Virus record (IMG/VR): IMGVR_UViG_3300030100_000755 | Span: 1 to 64,000 of that record | Origin: a virus | Lineage: Duplodnaviria; Caudoviricetes | DNA: 64,000 nucleotides | Strand: one strand, 5' to 3' | Shown: piece after piece, positions 8,914-17,930 of the stretch | Layout of the letters: each line of letters begins with the position of its first letter | Position numbering within the stretch: the first letter of the stretch is position 1 | Translations under genes and position numbers: made by a program | Notes under the pieces: model-generated | Seen by the model: the letters and a program-made list of their open reading frames with translations, nothing else | What the model was told of the DNA's origin: nothing | The model's database searches: none

Positions 8914-8941
8914 ATAGTATCAAAGTTTCACCAGTTGTCTA
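8914..8941 (-). promoter_or_regulatory. Sigma70-type promoter (extended -10)
   Basis: TAGACA-16 nt-TACTAT with TGn immediately upstream of the -10. Confidence 0.55.
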
Positions 8942-8957
8942 ATAACGTTTTGTTATA

Positions 8958-9191
8958 TCAAACTCTAATTTGTTCATAAACTAAATCAGCAATTTGTTCA
9001 GCATAATCATCACAGATTTGATCACAGAACTCTTGAGCTAATACATTATGTCGCAAACATTCAATCTCTAATACTTCGGGGTCATTAGGTTGCAACGATG
9101 TTGATGTAATAACATAGTTTGTACCAGCATCATAATAGAAATCAACCATAAATTCTTCACCGAATAGTGTGATAATAGTTGTGTTGTTCAT
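8958..9191 (-). CDS. Small strongly acidic protein
   Basis: 77 aa, about 15 D/E versus 2 R and no K; AGGAG RBS; own promoter. Confidence 0.75.
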   Translation of the reverse strand: MNNTTIITLFGEEFMVDFYYDAGTNYVITSTSLQPNDPEVLEIECLRHNVLAQEFCDQICDDYAEQIADLVYEQIRV

Positions 9192-9223
9192 GTTTGTTTC
9201 TCCTCGTTTTGTCTACGTGATTA

Positions 9224-9252
9224 ATACTAGAGGAATGGTGGGATGAGTGCAA
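9224..9252 (-). promoter_or_regulatory. Sigma70-type promoter
   Basis: TTGCAC-17 nt-TAGTAT with AT-rich upstream region. Confidence 0.6.
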
Positions 9253-9293
9253 ACATTTTATTATAACAATTTGGAATATGTATATAGCAGATA

Positions 9294-9324
9294 ATAAAAA
9301 ACCCCAACATTTCTGTCAGGGTTT
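9294..9324 (-). terminator. Intrinsic terminator after glutaredoxin
   Basis: AAACCCTGACA-GAAA-TGTTGGGGTTT followed by T run. Confidence 0.75.
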
Positions 9325-9361
9325 ATGAGAACGTAAATTTACGGCCATCTTCGCCGTAAAA

Positions 9362-9580
9362 TCACTTATCAATAAACTTCACCAAATCATCATAACCACC
9401 AATGTGTTCATCATTAAACCATATTTGAGGGACAGTAGTGAATCCTTGCGATTTAAAATTATCAATTAATTCCTTATTACCACTAATGTCATAGTATTCA
9501 TATTCAATACTATCCCCTTGTAGCAATGAAACAGCTTTTACACAATAAGGACAGTTACTTTTACCATATACTCTAAACAT
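9362..9580 (-). CDS. Glutaredoxin
   Basis: CPYC active site, TVPQI, IGGYDDL. Confidence 0.93.
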   Translation of the reverse strand: MFRVYGKSNCPYCVKAVSLLQGDSIEYEYYDISGNKELIDNFKSQGFTTVPQIWFNDEHIGGYDDLVKFIDK

Positions 9581-9592
9581 ATTATTCTCCTG

Positions 9593-10675
9593 TTATAATT
9601 CAAACTCAAAATCGTCTAGGTTCGAGTCAAGACCACCAACAATATAACTACTCAATTCAGCTTCTTGTGGTGCAATCTGTACGTCATCTGAGCGTGTGTA
9701 TTTATCCATCCAAGGTAAAGGGTTAGAGGTTACATCATAAACCTTGTCAAGTCCCAAATGACCCAAGCATTCGTTAGTGAGAAACTGAACGTAATTAGCT
9801 AGTAATTTCTCATTCAAACCAATCACACTACCATCTTTAAACAAATGTTTAGCCCACGACATTTCTTGTTCTGCTGTCTCTTTGAGCATATCGGTAATAA
9901 GGTGAATGTTATCATGTACAATGCGTGTCATTTCTGGATCATCAACACCCCTAATCCATCGCGTCATAATAAAATGAGTAGCGCCTTGATGTAAGTATTC
10001 ATCACGATTGATTAGCTTGATAATCTTTGAATTACCCTCCATTAACCCACGCTCATTGAATGAATATGAGCAAGCAAATGATACATAAAAACGTATTGCT
10101 TCTAGCGCATAAACACTAATCATACATTTGAATAAGTCTAGGCGTAATTCATCAGTGACAACACCGTCTAGTTTATACTGTAATGTAGTGCGTTCTAGTT
10201 TGTCATACGCTTGTGTAACCGAATTAGCACGTTCAATAATCTCTGGTGTTTCTAGTATGGAATCAAAGATAGTGGATGGATCATTAAATACATTCCTTAT
10301 GATATGGGTGTAACTCTTAGAATGCACCACTTCAAATGCACTCCATGTTTCAATCCATGTTTCTAGCTCTGGTAATGAGCATAGTGGTAATAGAATTGAT
10401 ACAGGACTTCTACCTTGAACGCTATCTAGTAGTATCTGATATTTTAAGTTTTCAATAAATATCTTCTGATCATTAACACTCAATTTATTATTAAAGTCAT
10501 GTTTATCTTTACTTAGGTCAATTTCAGATGGTCTCCAAAAGAAACCATGTTGTTGTTCTACGAATGAATCAAATCGTGGGTAACGCATTTTATCATAACG
10601 CGCTACACCTAATTCCTCACCGAAAAACATATATTCTTTTGTTGTATCAAAAATATTCTTATTGAATGCTGGCAT
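9593..10675 (-). CDS. nrdB: Ribonucleotide reductase class Ia beta subunit
   Basis: FFWRPSEIDL, DSVQGR, EVVHSKSY, LEAIRFYVSFA, INRDEYLH, QIAPQEAELSSY. Confidence 0.96.
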   Translation of the reverse strand: MPAFNKNIFDTTKEYMFFGEELGVARYDKMRYPRFDSFVEQQHGFFWRPSEIDLSKDKHDFNNKLSVNDQKIFIENLKYQILLDSVQGRSPVSILLPLCSLPELETWIETWSAFEVVHSKSYTHIIRNVFNDPSTIFDSILETPEIIERANSVTQAYDKLERTTLQYKLDGVVTDELRLDLFKCMISVYALEAIRFYVSFACSYSFNERGLMEGNSKIIKLINRDEYLHQGATHFIMTRWIRGVDDPEMTRIVHDNIHLITDMLKETAEQEMSWAKHLFKDGSVIGLNEKLLANYVQFLTNECLGHLGLDKVYDVTSNPLPWMDKYTRSDDVQIAPQEAELSSYIVGGLDSNLDDFEFEL

Positions 10676-10692
10676 TTATTTCTCCTGTTATT

Positions 10693-11379
10693 CTAATTGT
10701 TCAAAATGCGTTCTTTTGCGATGTTGAAGTATTCTTCATCTAGCTCTATACCAATGAAGTCTCTTTTTAGGTTCTTACACGCCACTCCTGTTGTCCCACT
10801 GCCCATAAATGGATCAAGTATAATATCACCACTGTTTGAGTGTATTTTTATCAAATCCTCCATGAGTGATAGGTTTTTTTGTGTAGGATGAAGTCCTTTT
10901 TCTACGGATTTTACAAACTTAGGTCTTTGATATTTTTCATCCTGCCTGTTAAAAACCCACTTCCCTTTTGGTTTCACCAACCACACAGCACATTCAAAAT
11001 CAGTTATGTATCTCCTTTCTCTATTTCTAGGCATTGGGTTGGACTTTTCAAGTCTAATCATATCCTTCACATCAAAGCCTAAATATTCCGAATATCTAGC
11101 TATATCCCCTAGATTTTTCCAATCATTGAAAACCACAAAAGATCCGCCTTTTTTTAAAACCCTTATAACTTCATCGATATATGAAAATAAATCAGCGTTT
11201 TTATCCCATTCACCAAAATCTATTCCAGCCCTACCCATTGTGTGAAAGTTGTTACTCCTTGCTATATTATAAGGTGGGTCAGTCAATACCATATCTACAC
11301 TACCATCTGGTATGTTCTTCATTAACTCAAGACAATCACCTTGCCACAAATTAATATCGCCCAACGCAAAATTACTCAT
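10693..11379 (-). CDS. Beta-class N4-C/N6-A DNA methyltransferase
   Basis: GDCLE, LTDPPY, HPTQK, LDPFMGSGTT, IGIELD. Confidence 0.92.
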   Translation of the reverse strand: MSNFALGDINLWQGDCLELMKNIPDGSVDMVLTDPPYNIARSNNFHTMGRAGIDFGEWDKNADLFSYIDEVIRVLKKGGSFVVFNDWKNLGDIARYSEYLGFDVKDMIRLEKSNPMPRNRERRYITDFECAVWLVKPKGKWVFNRQDEKYQRPKFVKSVEKGLHPTQKNLSLMEDLIKIHSNSGDIILDPFMGSGTTGVACKNLKRDFIGIELDEEYFNIAKERILNN

Positions 11380-11393
11380 ATTTATCTCCTGTG

Positions 11394-11421
11394 AAAATAA
11401 ACCCCGAATTAACGGGGCTTA
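11394..11421 (-). terminator. Intrinsic terminator after nrdA
   Basis: AAGCCCCG-TTAATT-CGGGGTTT-ATTTT. Confidence 0.7.
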
Positions 11422-11428
11422 ATATTAT

Positions 11429-12370
11429 TTATAATTTACATGCGCCACTAGCACAACCATCATCTTCTGGCTCAATATCTTCACCTGAGCCATCTCGTGT
11501 ATTGTGATAGTACAACGTCTTAACACCCATCTTATATGCATACATCAAATCTTGCAACACTTCTTTTAGCGGTACTTTATTACCAGCATATTTACGCGGA
11601 TCATAATTAGTATTAGAACTAATCGCTTGGTCAACAAACTTCTGCATAATAGCAACAAGTGATAGATAACCTTTATTAATCTTACTATCCCACACTAACT
11701 CATAAGCATCGGCGAGTGTGTCTACCTCTGGTACTAATTGGCTATAATATGAGTCCTTGGAGCCTTTGGTGACACGTAACCCTCTTACTGGTTCAATACC
11801 ATTGGTGCTGTTAGAAATCTTACTAGAAGTCTCTGCTGGCATCAATGCTGTAAGTGTAGAATTACGTAAACCATACTTCGTAATATCAGAACGTAGTGTT
11901 TCCCAATCTTGATTATAACCAACACTTACCAATGAATCCACATTCTTGTTATAGCGATCAATCGGTAGTACGCCATTAGCATACGAAGTCTCATTAAACT
12001 TCTCACAAGCACCTAGTTCTTTAGCAAGTTGATTACTCGCTTTGAGTACATGATACTGAATAGACTCAAACAATTCATGTGTTGCGTCATTAGCACTGTT
12101 ATTACTATAACGTAAACCTTGTTTAGCTAACCAATAAGCAAAGTTAACAACACCAATACCCAATGTACGTCTTAACTTGTTCTTCTCTGCTGCTTTAACA
12201 GGGTAATTTTGATAATCTAATAAGTTATCCAATGCTCTAACAACAATAGGAGCAAGTGTATCTATTTCATCAGCAAATTCCAAGTTGAATGCTGCTAATG
12301 TGCATAACGCAATCTCACCATTTTCATCATTGATATTATTCATCGGTGATGTTGGTAAGGTAATTTCTAA
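11429..12370 (-). CDS. nrdA: Ribonucleotide reductase class Ia alpha subunit, exon 2
   Basis: Continues LEITLPT (E441 equivalent), EIALCTL, MPAETSS, KTLYYHNTRDG, C-terminal CASGAC. Confidence 0.93.
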   Translation of the reverse strand, partial: LEITLPTSPMNNINDENGEIALCTLAAFNLEFADEIDTLAPIVVRALDNLLDYQNYPVKAAEKNKLRRTLGIGVVNFAYWLAKQGLRYSNNSANDATHELFESIQYHVLKASNQLAKELGACEKFNETSYANGVLPIDRYNKNVDSLVSVGYNQDWETLRSDITKYGLRNSTLTALMPAETSSKISNSTNGIEPVRGLRVTKGSKDSYYSQLVPEVDTLADAYELVWDSKINKGYLSLVAIMQKFVDQAISSNTNYDPRKYAGNKVPLKEVLQDLMYAYKMGVKTLYYHNTRDGSGEDIEPEDDGCASGACKL

Positions 12371-12626
12371 CAACTATGTTCAATGTGAGTCGCTAATTCA
12401 CACCAGCACCTTTACGCGCATCTATATGTCACCATATAGGTCGGACTATATCATGTAAGCCTTATGCTTACCCCTCCGCTTCGGGACGCTTGCCCCTACT
12501 CTACTCCCTTCTTACTTATGTAATGGTTTCGATAGTCTCTACGGGTTCACTTTAAAGTGCTTCCCACGGGATTGTCTCATTGAGATGTTCCCCGTTTTCA
12601 AAGGGTTTATTCTATGCCTAAAATTA
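12371..12626 (-). mobile_element. Group I self-splicing intron (IA2-like, 256 nt, no ORF)
   Basis: 5' exon ends in U and intron ends in G; P1 CUGUGU/GCAUAG with U.G at the splice site; GGGGAA/AAUCCCGUG (P4), GAGACUA (12539-12533) and GAUAUAGUCC (12452-12443) form P7; splicing restores QSNLC-LEITLP in frame. Confidence 0.92.
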
Positions 12627-13934
12627 ACACAGATTTGATTGCTTAACTGGAGCTACATCCCAATCAAAAGGGCTATTAGAATTACAATGATCCACATTCT
12701 GAATATAAATGCGCCCTGTTGCACTACGCTCATTCGCAATCAGACTAACTAGGTCAACAGCATTAATTTCTTTGCGCTTAATTAACGGGTTAGCTTCTAA
12801 TTGCTCATACAACTCTTTAAATTCATTATTCGGTTTAAAGAACTTGTCATATAAATCAGGGTGAACATTAGGGCTAAACAAACTAACCTTCTGCTTAGAC
12901 AAGAAACGCTCATAAATAAGGCGGTTCATTTGTACGCCATAATCCATGTGGCGAACACGATTGTCCTCAGTACCCTTGTTATTTTTTAGAACAATTAGTG
13001 ACTCAACTTCCTCATGCCACCAAGGATAGAATAATGTAGCAGCACCAGAACGCAAGCCACCTTGTGAGCAACTCTTAACAGCGGTTTGAAAGTGCTTATA
13101 AAATGGTATACAACCTGTGTGAAACGCCTCACCACCTCGAATAGGACTACCTAATGACCTAATCATACCAGCATTAATACCGATACCAGCACGTTGTGAT
13201 ACATACTTAACAATAGCATTAGATGCTGAATTAATCTCGTCCAAACTGTCACCAGCTTCAATTAACGTACATGAACTAAACTGTCTAGTTGGAGTACGAA
13301 CACCACCCATGATAGGCGTAGGTAAACTAATCTTACGTAAACTAACAGCATCATAAAATGCAATAACTTTATCTAATCGGTTTACTTTCTCATCTTGATG
13401 TAAGCACATTGAGATCAACATAATAGCTTGTTGTGGACTCTCAAAGTATTGATTATTAGTTTTATCTTTAACCAGATACTTAGACTTCCATTCCATCATA
13501 GCAGCATAAGTGTAATCCATATCACGTTCATGGTCTAAGAATTGCTCTAAGTAATCAATTTCAACTAACGAGTATTTCTCTAGTATTTCAGCATCATATT
13601 TACCTAACTTAACTAGACCAGTGATGTGCTCATAAAACTCAGGCACATCAAACGTACCGAATGCTTTCTTACATAAGTCAAACATGAGTAATCGACCAGC
13701 AACATATTGATAATCAGGGTTTTCTACTTTAATTAAGTTAGCTGCTGAGGCAATCAATAAATCCTGTACTTGCTCACTAGGCATTTTATCATAGAATTGA
13801 ATATGAGCATTCATTGCCACTTCACTAGGACTAACATCTTTTAAACCCTCACACGCCCACTCTAATGTATCGTTTACTTTATCTGCATCAAAAGGAACTA
13901 ATCTACCATCACGTTTAGTGATATTTATTTCCAT
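12627..13934 (-). CDS. nrdA: Ribonucleotide reductase class Ia alpha subunit, exon 1
   Basis: ATP cone (ITKRDG), ISLPTP, QFSSC, SQGGLRSGAA, ends QSNLC; spliced product 749 aa. Confidence 0.95.
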
Positions 13935-13960
13935 ATTGTTCTCCTATTTATTTGTTAGTT

Positions 13961-13983
13961 AAAAGCCGCCCTAATTGAGCGGC
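13961..13983 (-). terminator. Intrinsic terminator
   Basis: GCCGCTC-AATTAG-GGCGGC-TTTT. Confidence 0.65.
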
Positions 13984-13994
13984 ACATATTACTA

Positions 13995-14153
13995 TTACTG
14001 TTCTTCTTCGTCAATAAATTCTAACTTAGCTCTAGTGAAAAATTCATCTAAATCTTCTCGACTAATGACCTCTGTATCAAACTTGCGAGAATAAACTTTA
14101 GATACATAATCGCTACCTGTATCAACTTCAAGTGAACATTTTAATTCTATCAT
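13995..14153 (-). CDS. Small acidic hypothetical protein (52 aa, missing from ORF track)
   Basis: MIELKCSLEVDTGSDY...IDEEEQ*; TAATG coupling. Confidence 0.65.
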   Translation of the reverse strand: MIELKCSLEVDTGSDYVSKVYSRKFDTEVISREDLDEFFTRAKLEFIDEEEQ

Positions 14154-15790
14154 TAATAAAACCTCCCACCACGATAAGTAATTATAGTTCGCTTACCGTT
14201 AGCGTAGGTAATTATATGACTATGTGACCAAGTAGTACCACCTTTGTTATAACCCATATCTAGCGAACCTGTTACACCAGCATAGAAGCATCCTAAATGT
14301 ATTGCTGCTGAATGGCTATGACCAACGTTGTAACGCAACCCCATCTTACTGAATGATGACACACTACCTCTAGCACCGTTAGTACCATTGTGTCCATGTG
14401 AACCGCATTCTATACCAGCCTCACCAAACAATCTGAAACTATCATCAACTTTTAAGAAGTTTACATTCTCACATAACTTATTAGCTTTAATGCAAGCATT
14501 CTTGAATGTATGTATTTCTACAAAGTTTTCCATAGCTTTATAGTTGTCTAGCTGCAATTCTAGGAAATATCTAGCATTAACAGGGTCATTCCTATAATCA
14601 GAAGTCATCAACCACTTAGTTAATGCCTCATCGTGGTTAGACTCTACTACTACCACTTCACCCCAATTGTAATAAGCTAACTCACCCAAGAAATCAGCGA
14701 TCATTTGGATCTCATTTTCGACACTATTCTTTGATGATTTGTATCGTGTAAAATTAAAATAGTGGTCATTAATGTTATGGTGGTTTCTCGCACTAAAGTC
14801 TGCCGTGTCGTGGCAAAATATGTAATTGGGTTTTAAATCAGCAAGAATATTGTTTCCCTGATTATAGGGACTCACTTCATAATCTTCATTTATTATTAAT
14901 CCCGTACTAAGACCCAATACCTCATTATCTGATTTTTCTAAGTGTAAGTCACCCAAGTTTACCGCCTCAACAGGGGCTTCACAACTAACCAATCCTTCTG
15001 GTGTAAATTTATTTGTTAAATCATAAATAATGCCTGTTTGTTTTTCAGCATGTAGCTGACGACACCACCAATTCCCATCGTCATCAACCTCCACATATAA
15101 TGCCGCAATTGCGTGATAGAACGATGCTTTTTGACCACTCTTCTTTTCTATATAGTTGGGTAAGGTTATACTACCCGTTGTATATAGAAATCTAGGTAAG
15201 TCCTTCTTGTGTCTAGGTAAAGATTCTAATGCTAATTTAGCATGTGGTATAATTCCACTATGGCTTGTTACGTAATTTTGAAAACCCGATAGTGGATTAA
15301 CTGCTGTGGGTAATATATTTAACTCACCGCACAATAGTAAATCAGGTGCTAATTCAACAGGTTCATCACAACGATGTTTAACTATTCGTGGGTCATACCA
15401 CAAATCACCTTGACTCTTAGTTAAGTTTTGAAACCCATTTATATTATAGGTGTATGTTGACACTAATAATTCAGCACCATAATGATCAGCTATGTGGTTT
15501 AAAGTTGACCAAGCTTTTTCGTGAATTGCTGTATTATTCTGAGCAGAAGTAATGATATATTTACCAGCACCGATTTTAGACTCTTTACCATCATGCACAT
15601 TGCTTTCTTCACCACCAACAACCTTCTTATCAAGACTATCGTAAAACTCTTTAGCGTATGCTGACTGACCAGATAATATATCCCCAACGGTTGACTTAGG
15701 AATACCCGTAACTTCTGAAATTTTACGAATTGATAAGTTCTGATTACGCAAGGCAAGTATGTCTAATAATTCTTGCTCTGTTAATCTCAT
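14153..15790 (-). CDS. N-terminal HTH fused to calcineurin-like metallophosphoesterase
   Basis: LSIRKISEVTGIPKSTVGDIL; GDLH, HDTADF, SNHD, GSHGH, GHSH motifs. Confidence 0.8.
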   Translation of the reverse strand: MRLTEQELLDILALRNQNLSIRKISEVTGIPKSTVGDILSGQSAYAKEFYDSLDKKVVGGEESNVHDGKESKIGAGKYIITSAQNNTAIHEKAWSTLNHIADHYGAELLVSTYTYNINGFQNLTKSQGDLWYDPRIVKHRCDEPVELAPDLLLCGELNILPTAVNPLSGFQNYVTSHSGIIPHAKLALESLPRHKKDLPRFLYTTGSITLPNYIEKKSGQKASFYHAIAALYVEVDDDGNWWCRQLHAEKQTGIIYDLTNKFTPEGLVSCEAPVEAVNLGDLHLEKSDNEVLGLSTGLIINEDYEVSPYNQGNNILADLKPNYIFCHDTADFSARNHHNINDHYFNFTRYKSSKNSVENEIQMIADFLGELAYYNWGEVVVVESNHDEALTKWLMTSDYRNDPVNARYFLELQLDNYKAMENFVEIHTFKNACIKANKLCENVNFLKVDDSFRLFGEAGIECGSHGHNGTNGARGSVSSFSKMGLRYNVGHSHSAAIHLGCFYAGVTGSLDMGYNKGGTTWSHSHIITYANGKRTIITYRGGRFY

Positions 15791-16467
15791 AATTTACCCT
15801 CCAAGGCTTGTGGGTTAACCTGCTCAATTAGTTTTAAAAAGCATGGTTCATAAAAATTAATACTTTTAAGTGTCTTTTGTTTAGCACCATGAATTTCGTC
15901 ATCACCACTCAACACATAATACTTACCAATTTTAGTGTACGTTACATTACTATAACGCTTCTTTTTGGTGTATGCAGCCTTACTTGCTCGTGCTTCTTCA
16001 ACAGTCTTACAGAACTTACTGAAATTACTATCATTCACAATACGTAATATTTGTTCGGGATCATAACCTTTGATGTGGCAAATATCTACACAGTATTCAA
16101 TACAGGTCATCGCTACGGATGATGAGTCAAGGCGTAGTGGGTCTTCTTTAATAGCATTAGCAAGGAAATATAGTTCATCCACAAGCTCATCAATATCTTT
16201 GTCAACTACATTAGATTGGGTGGGTAACACCTTAAAATTATCAAAACCTAATAAATGCAATGCGCCGACAGCAACAACAATAACATCACCAATACCATCT
16301 AGTAGTCCATGCTCTTTATTATTGCGATATGAAGCATACAATTCATCAACACCTGTTACTTCCTCGACTAACATAAGCATTTGCGATCGCATTAGTTCTT
16401 CTGTGCCAGCACCTTTTGGTTTTCCTGCTGTTGTGTTCCACAATGCTACTCGATTCATTTCACTCAT
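15787..16467 (-). CDS. MazG-like (all-alpha) NTP pyrophosphohydrolase
   Basis: LVEEV..EL, LLDGIGDVIVV, VNDSNFSK. Confidence 0.78.
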   Translation of the reverse strand: MSEMNRVALWNTTAGKPKGAGTEELMRSQMLMLVEEVTGVDELYASYRNNKEHGLLDGIGDVIVVAVGALHLLGFDNFKVLPTQSNVVDKDIDELVDELYFLANAIKEDPLRLDSSSVAMTCIEYCVDICHIKGYDPEQILRIVNDSNFSKFCKTVEEARASKAAYTKKKRYSNVTYTKIGKYYVLSGDDEIHGAKQKTLKSINFYEPCFLKLIEQVNPQALEGKL

Positions 16468-16468
16468 A

Positions 16469-16639
16469 TTATTCTACCTCCTTAATGCGAATATCCAACT
16501 CTCCGTAAATATTCAATTGTTTTAACGCTAATACTAACTTTGGCTTATCTTCTGTTGCAAAAACTGTTTCAAAATTAAGCGTATCATAAATTTCATGGAA
16601 CTCACCTACACCACTAACGATGTAACGATTATTACTCAT
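16469..16639 (-). CDS. Small hypothetical protein
   Basis: ATG 16639 with AGGAG-like RBS. Confidence 0.6.
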   Translation of the reverse strand: MSNNRYIVSGVGEFHEIYDTLNFETVFATEDKPKLVLALKQLNIYGELDIRIKEVE

Positions 16640-16640
16640 A

Positions 16641-16856
16641 TTACTTCGCCTTATTATTTTGTTTAACATGCTCTAGGTAATCCACTACGTCTTGTAATGT
16701 AACAACATTGGCATTATAACCAGAATCATCTTTAGCAATATCAGCAACCAATTTACTAATTACTTGCAGGTTGGCTTTTGTTTGGTTATGAAGTCGTTGT
16801 TCTCTTACTAGGTCTAATGCTGTTGCATTTAATTCAGCTTGTAGTTGATCGCTCAT
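16641..16856 (-). CDS. Hypothetical coiled-coil protein
   Basis: 71-aa ORF with AGGAG RBS. Confidence 0.7.
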   Translation of the reverse strand: MSDQLQAELNATALDLVREQRLHNQTKANLQVISKLVADIAKDDSGYNANVVTLQDVVDYLEHVKQNNKAK

Positions 16857-16858
16857 AA

Positions 16859-17260
16859 TTATAACTCCTTAATCTTTTTCATAATCAGTTTAATATAATC
16901 GTGTGCAATTGTTCGATCACAATGACCTATAGTTAAGTGTTTATGTTCTAACTCTTCTGAGGTTAAAAACTCTAATTCTCTGACAGACTCCAATCTCACA
17001 GAACTAACACTACCATAAATGGATTCAGCTAAATCACAACCCAATTCATCATCTAACTCATCAGAGAACGCCAATGCCTTCACACTAAGCTCATCATCAT
17101 CATCTTCGTGGTAATTTCTAGCAATCGCAACATCACCGCATAAACAACATGCTGTACCACAATGCCAACTCAACATGTTCAAAGGCAATATTGCTTCTTC
17201 ACCAGCATCTAACATTTCTTGTAATAATTCTAAAGCTTTTTCTTTGTTCTCAATGATCAT
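16859..17260 (-). CDS. Hypothetical protein with CGTACCLCG motif
   Basis: 133-aa ORF with AGGAG RBS. Confidence 0.72.
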   Translation of the reverse strand: MIIENKEKALELLQEMLDAGEEAILPLNMLSWHCGTACCLCGDVAIARNYHEDDDDELSVKALAFSDELDDELGCDLAESIYGSVSSVRLESVRELEFLTSEELEHKHLTIGHCDRTIAHDYIKLIMKKIKEL

Positions 17261-17261
17261 A

Positions 17262-17759
17262 TTAATTCTCCTCTTTTAATTTATTAACAAGGTCAGTTCG
17301 GGTTTTCACATCATTCAAATCACCACGTTTTTCACATAACCATCTGAAATTATTTTTAGTAGCCCATTCACCATGTGATTGTTTAGTACCGTCTTTACGT
17401 CTTTTAGCAAACGGCATTGGTGTCGAACTATTTTCAAATATTAACACCAACTCTATTTCCTTACAACCTAAATCTTTATAATATTGCCAGTTATTCAGTG
17501 AATCACGAATCCATTTATATTTGGAACTCTCCGTGGAATCCCTAAATCTACCCTTAGCTTCTATTACAAATAATTTAGAATGTAATTGAAACAAGAAATC
17601 TGGTTCATATTTATGCTCGGTATAATAAGGTACTCGGTCTTTGTTCAGTACATGGTGTTGAGCATCTTTAAGCGATTCTTGATGTAGTCTGTATTCTAAC
17701 TTAGAGTCATAACCCTTTGGTAAACCTTTTGGTCTTTTAGCAAAATATCTTTTCTGCAT
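17262..17759 (-). CDS. T7 endonuclease I-like Holliday junction resolvase
   Basis: YDSKLE, YEPDF, IEAKGRF PD-(D/E)xK motif, WATKNNF. Confidence 0.85.
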   Translation of the reverse strand: MQKRYFAKRPKGLPKGYDSKLEYRLHQESLKDAQHHVLNKDRVPYYTEHKYEPDFLFQLHSKLFVIEAKGRFRDSTESSKYKWIRDSLNNWQYYKDLGCKEIELVLIFENSSTPMPFAKRRKDGTKQSHGEWATKNNFRWLCEKRGDLNDVKTRTDLVNKLKEEN

Positions 17760-17762
17760 AAC

Positions 17763-17930
17763 TTAATCCTTATCCCAACGATTCTCAGGATGATCGGCAG
17801 AAGTTAGTGTAATATCAGAATCAGTTTCAATAACGTCCTCGATATTAGCCCAACCTATACCATCACTCAATACTACAATTTTATCTTCGTGGTATTTCTG
17901 CAATACTTTAATCAAATGTCATACTGTCAT
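17763..17930 (-). pseudogene. Small coupled ORF interrupted by in-frame TGA (MTV*HLIKVLQKY...)
   Basis: ATG overlaps the exonuclease stop; 4th codon is TGA; the remaining 51 codons are open and fill the gap. Confidence 0.45.

Noticed and set aside
11429-13934. nrdA as two separate genes or a pseudogene, with TTG start at 12373
   Set aside because: The gap is a canonical group I intron and splicing restores the active site in frame; the TTG is part of the intron 3' end.
17919-17921. Genome-wide TGA reassignment
   Set aside because: Many conserved genes (helicase, terL, polymerase, primase) end at TGA at the expected lengths with ATGA coupling.
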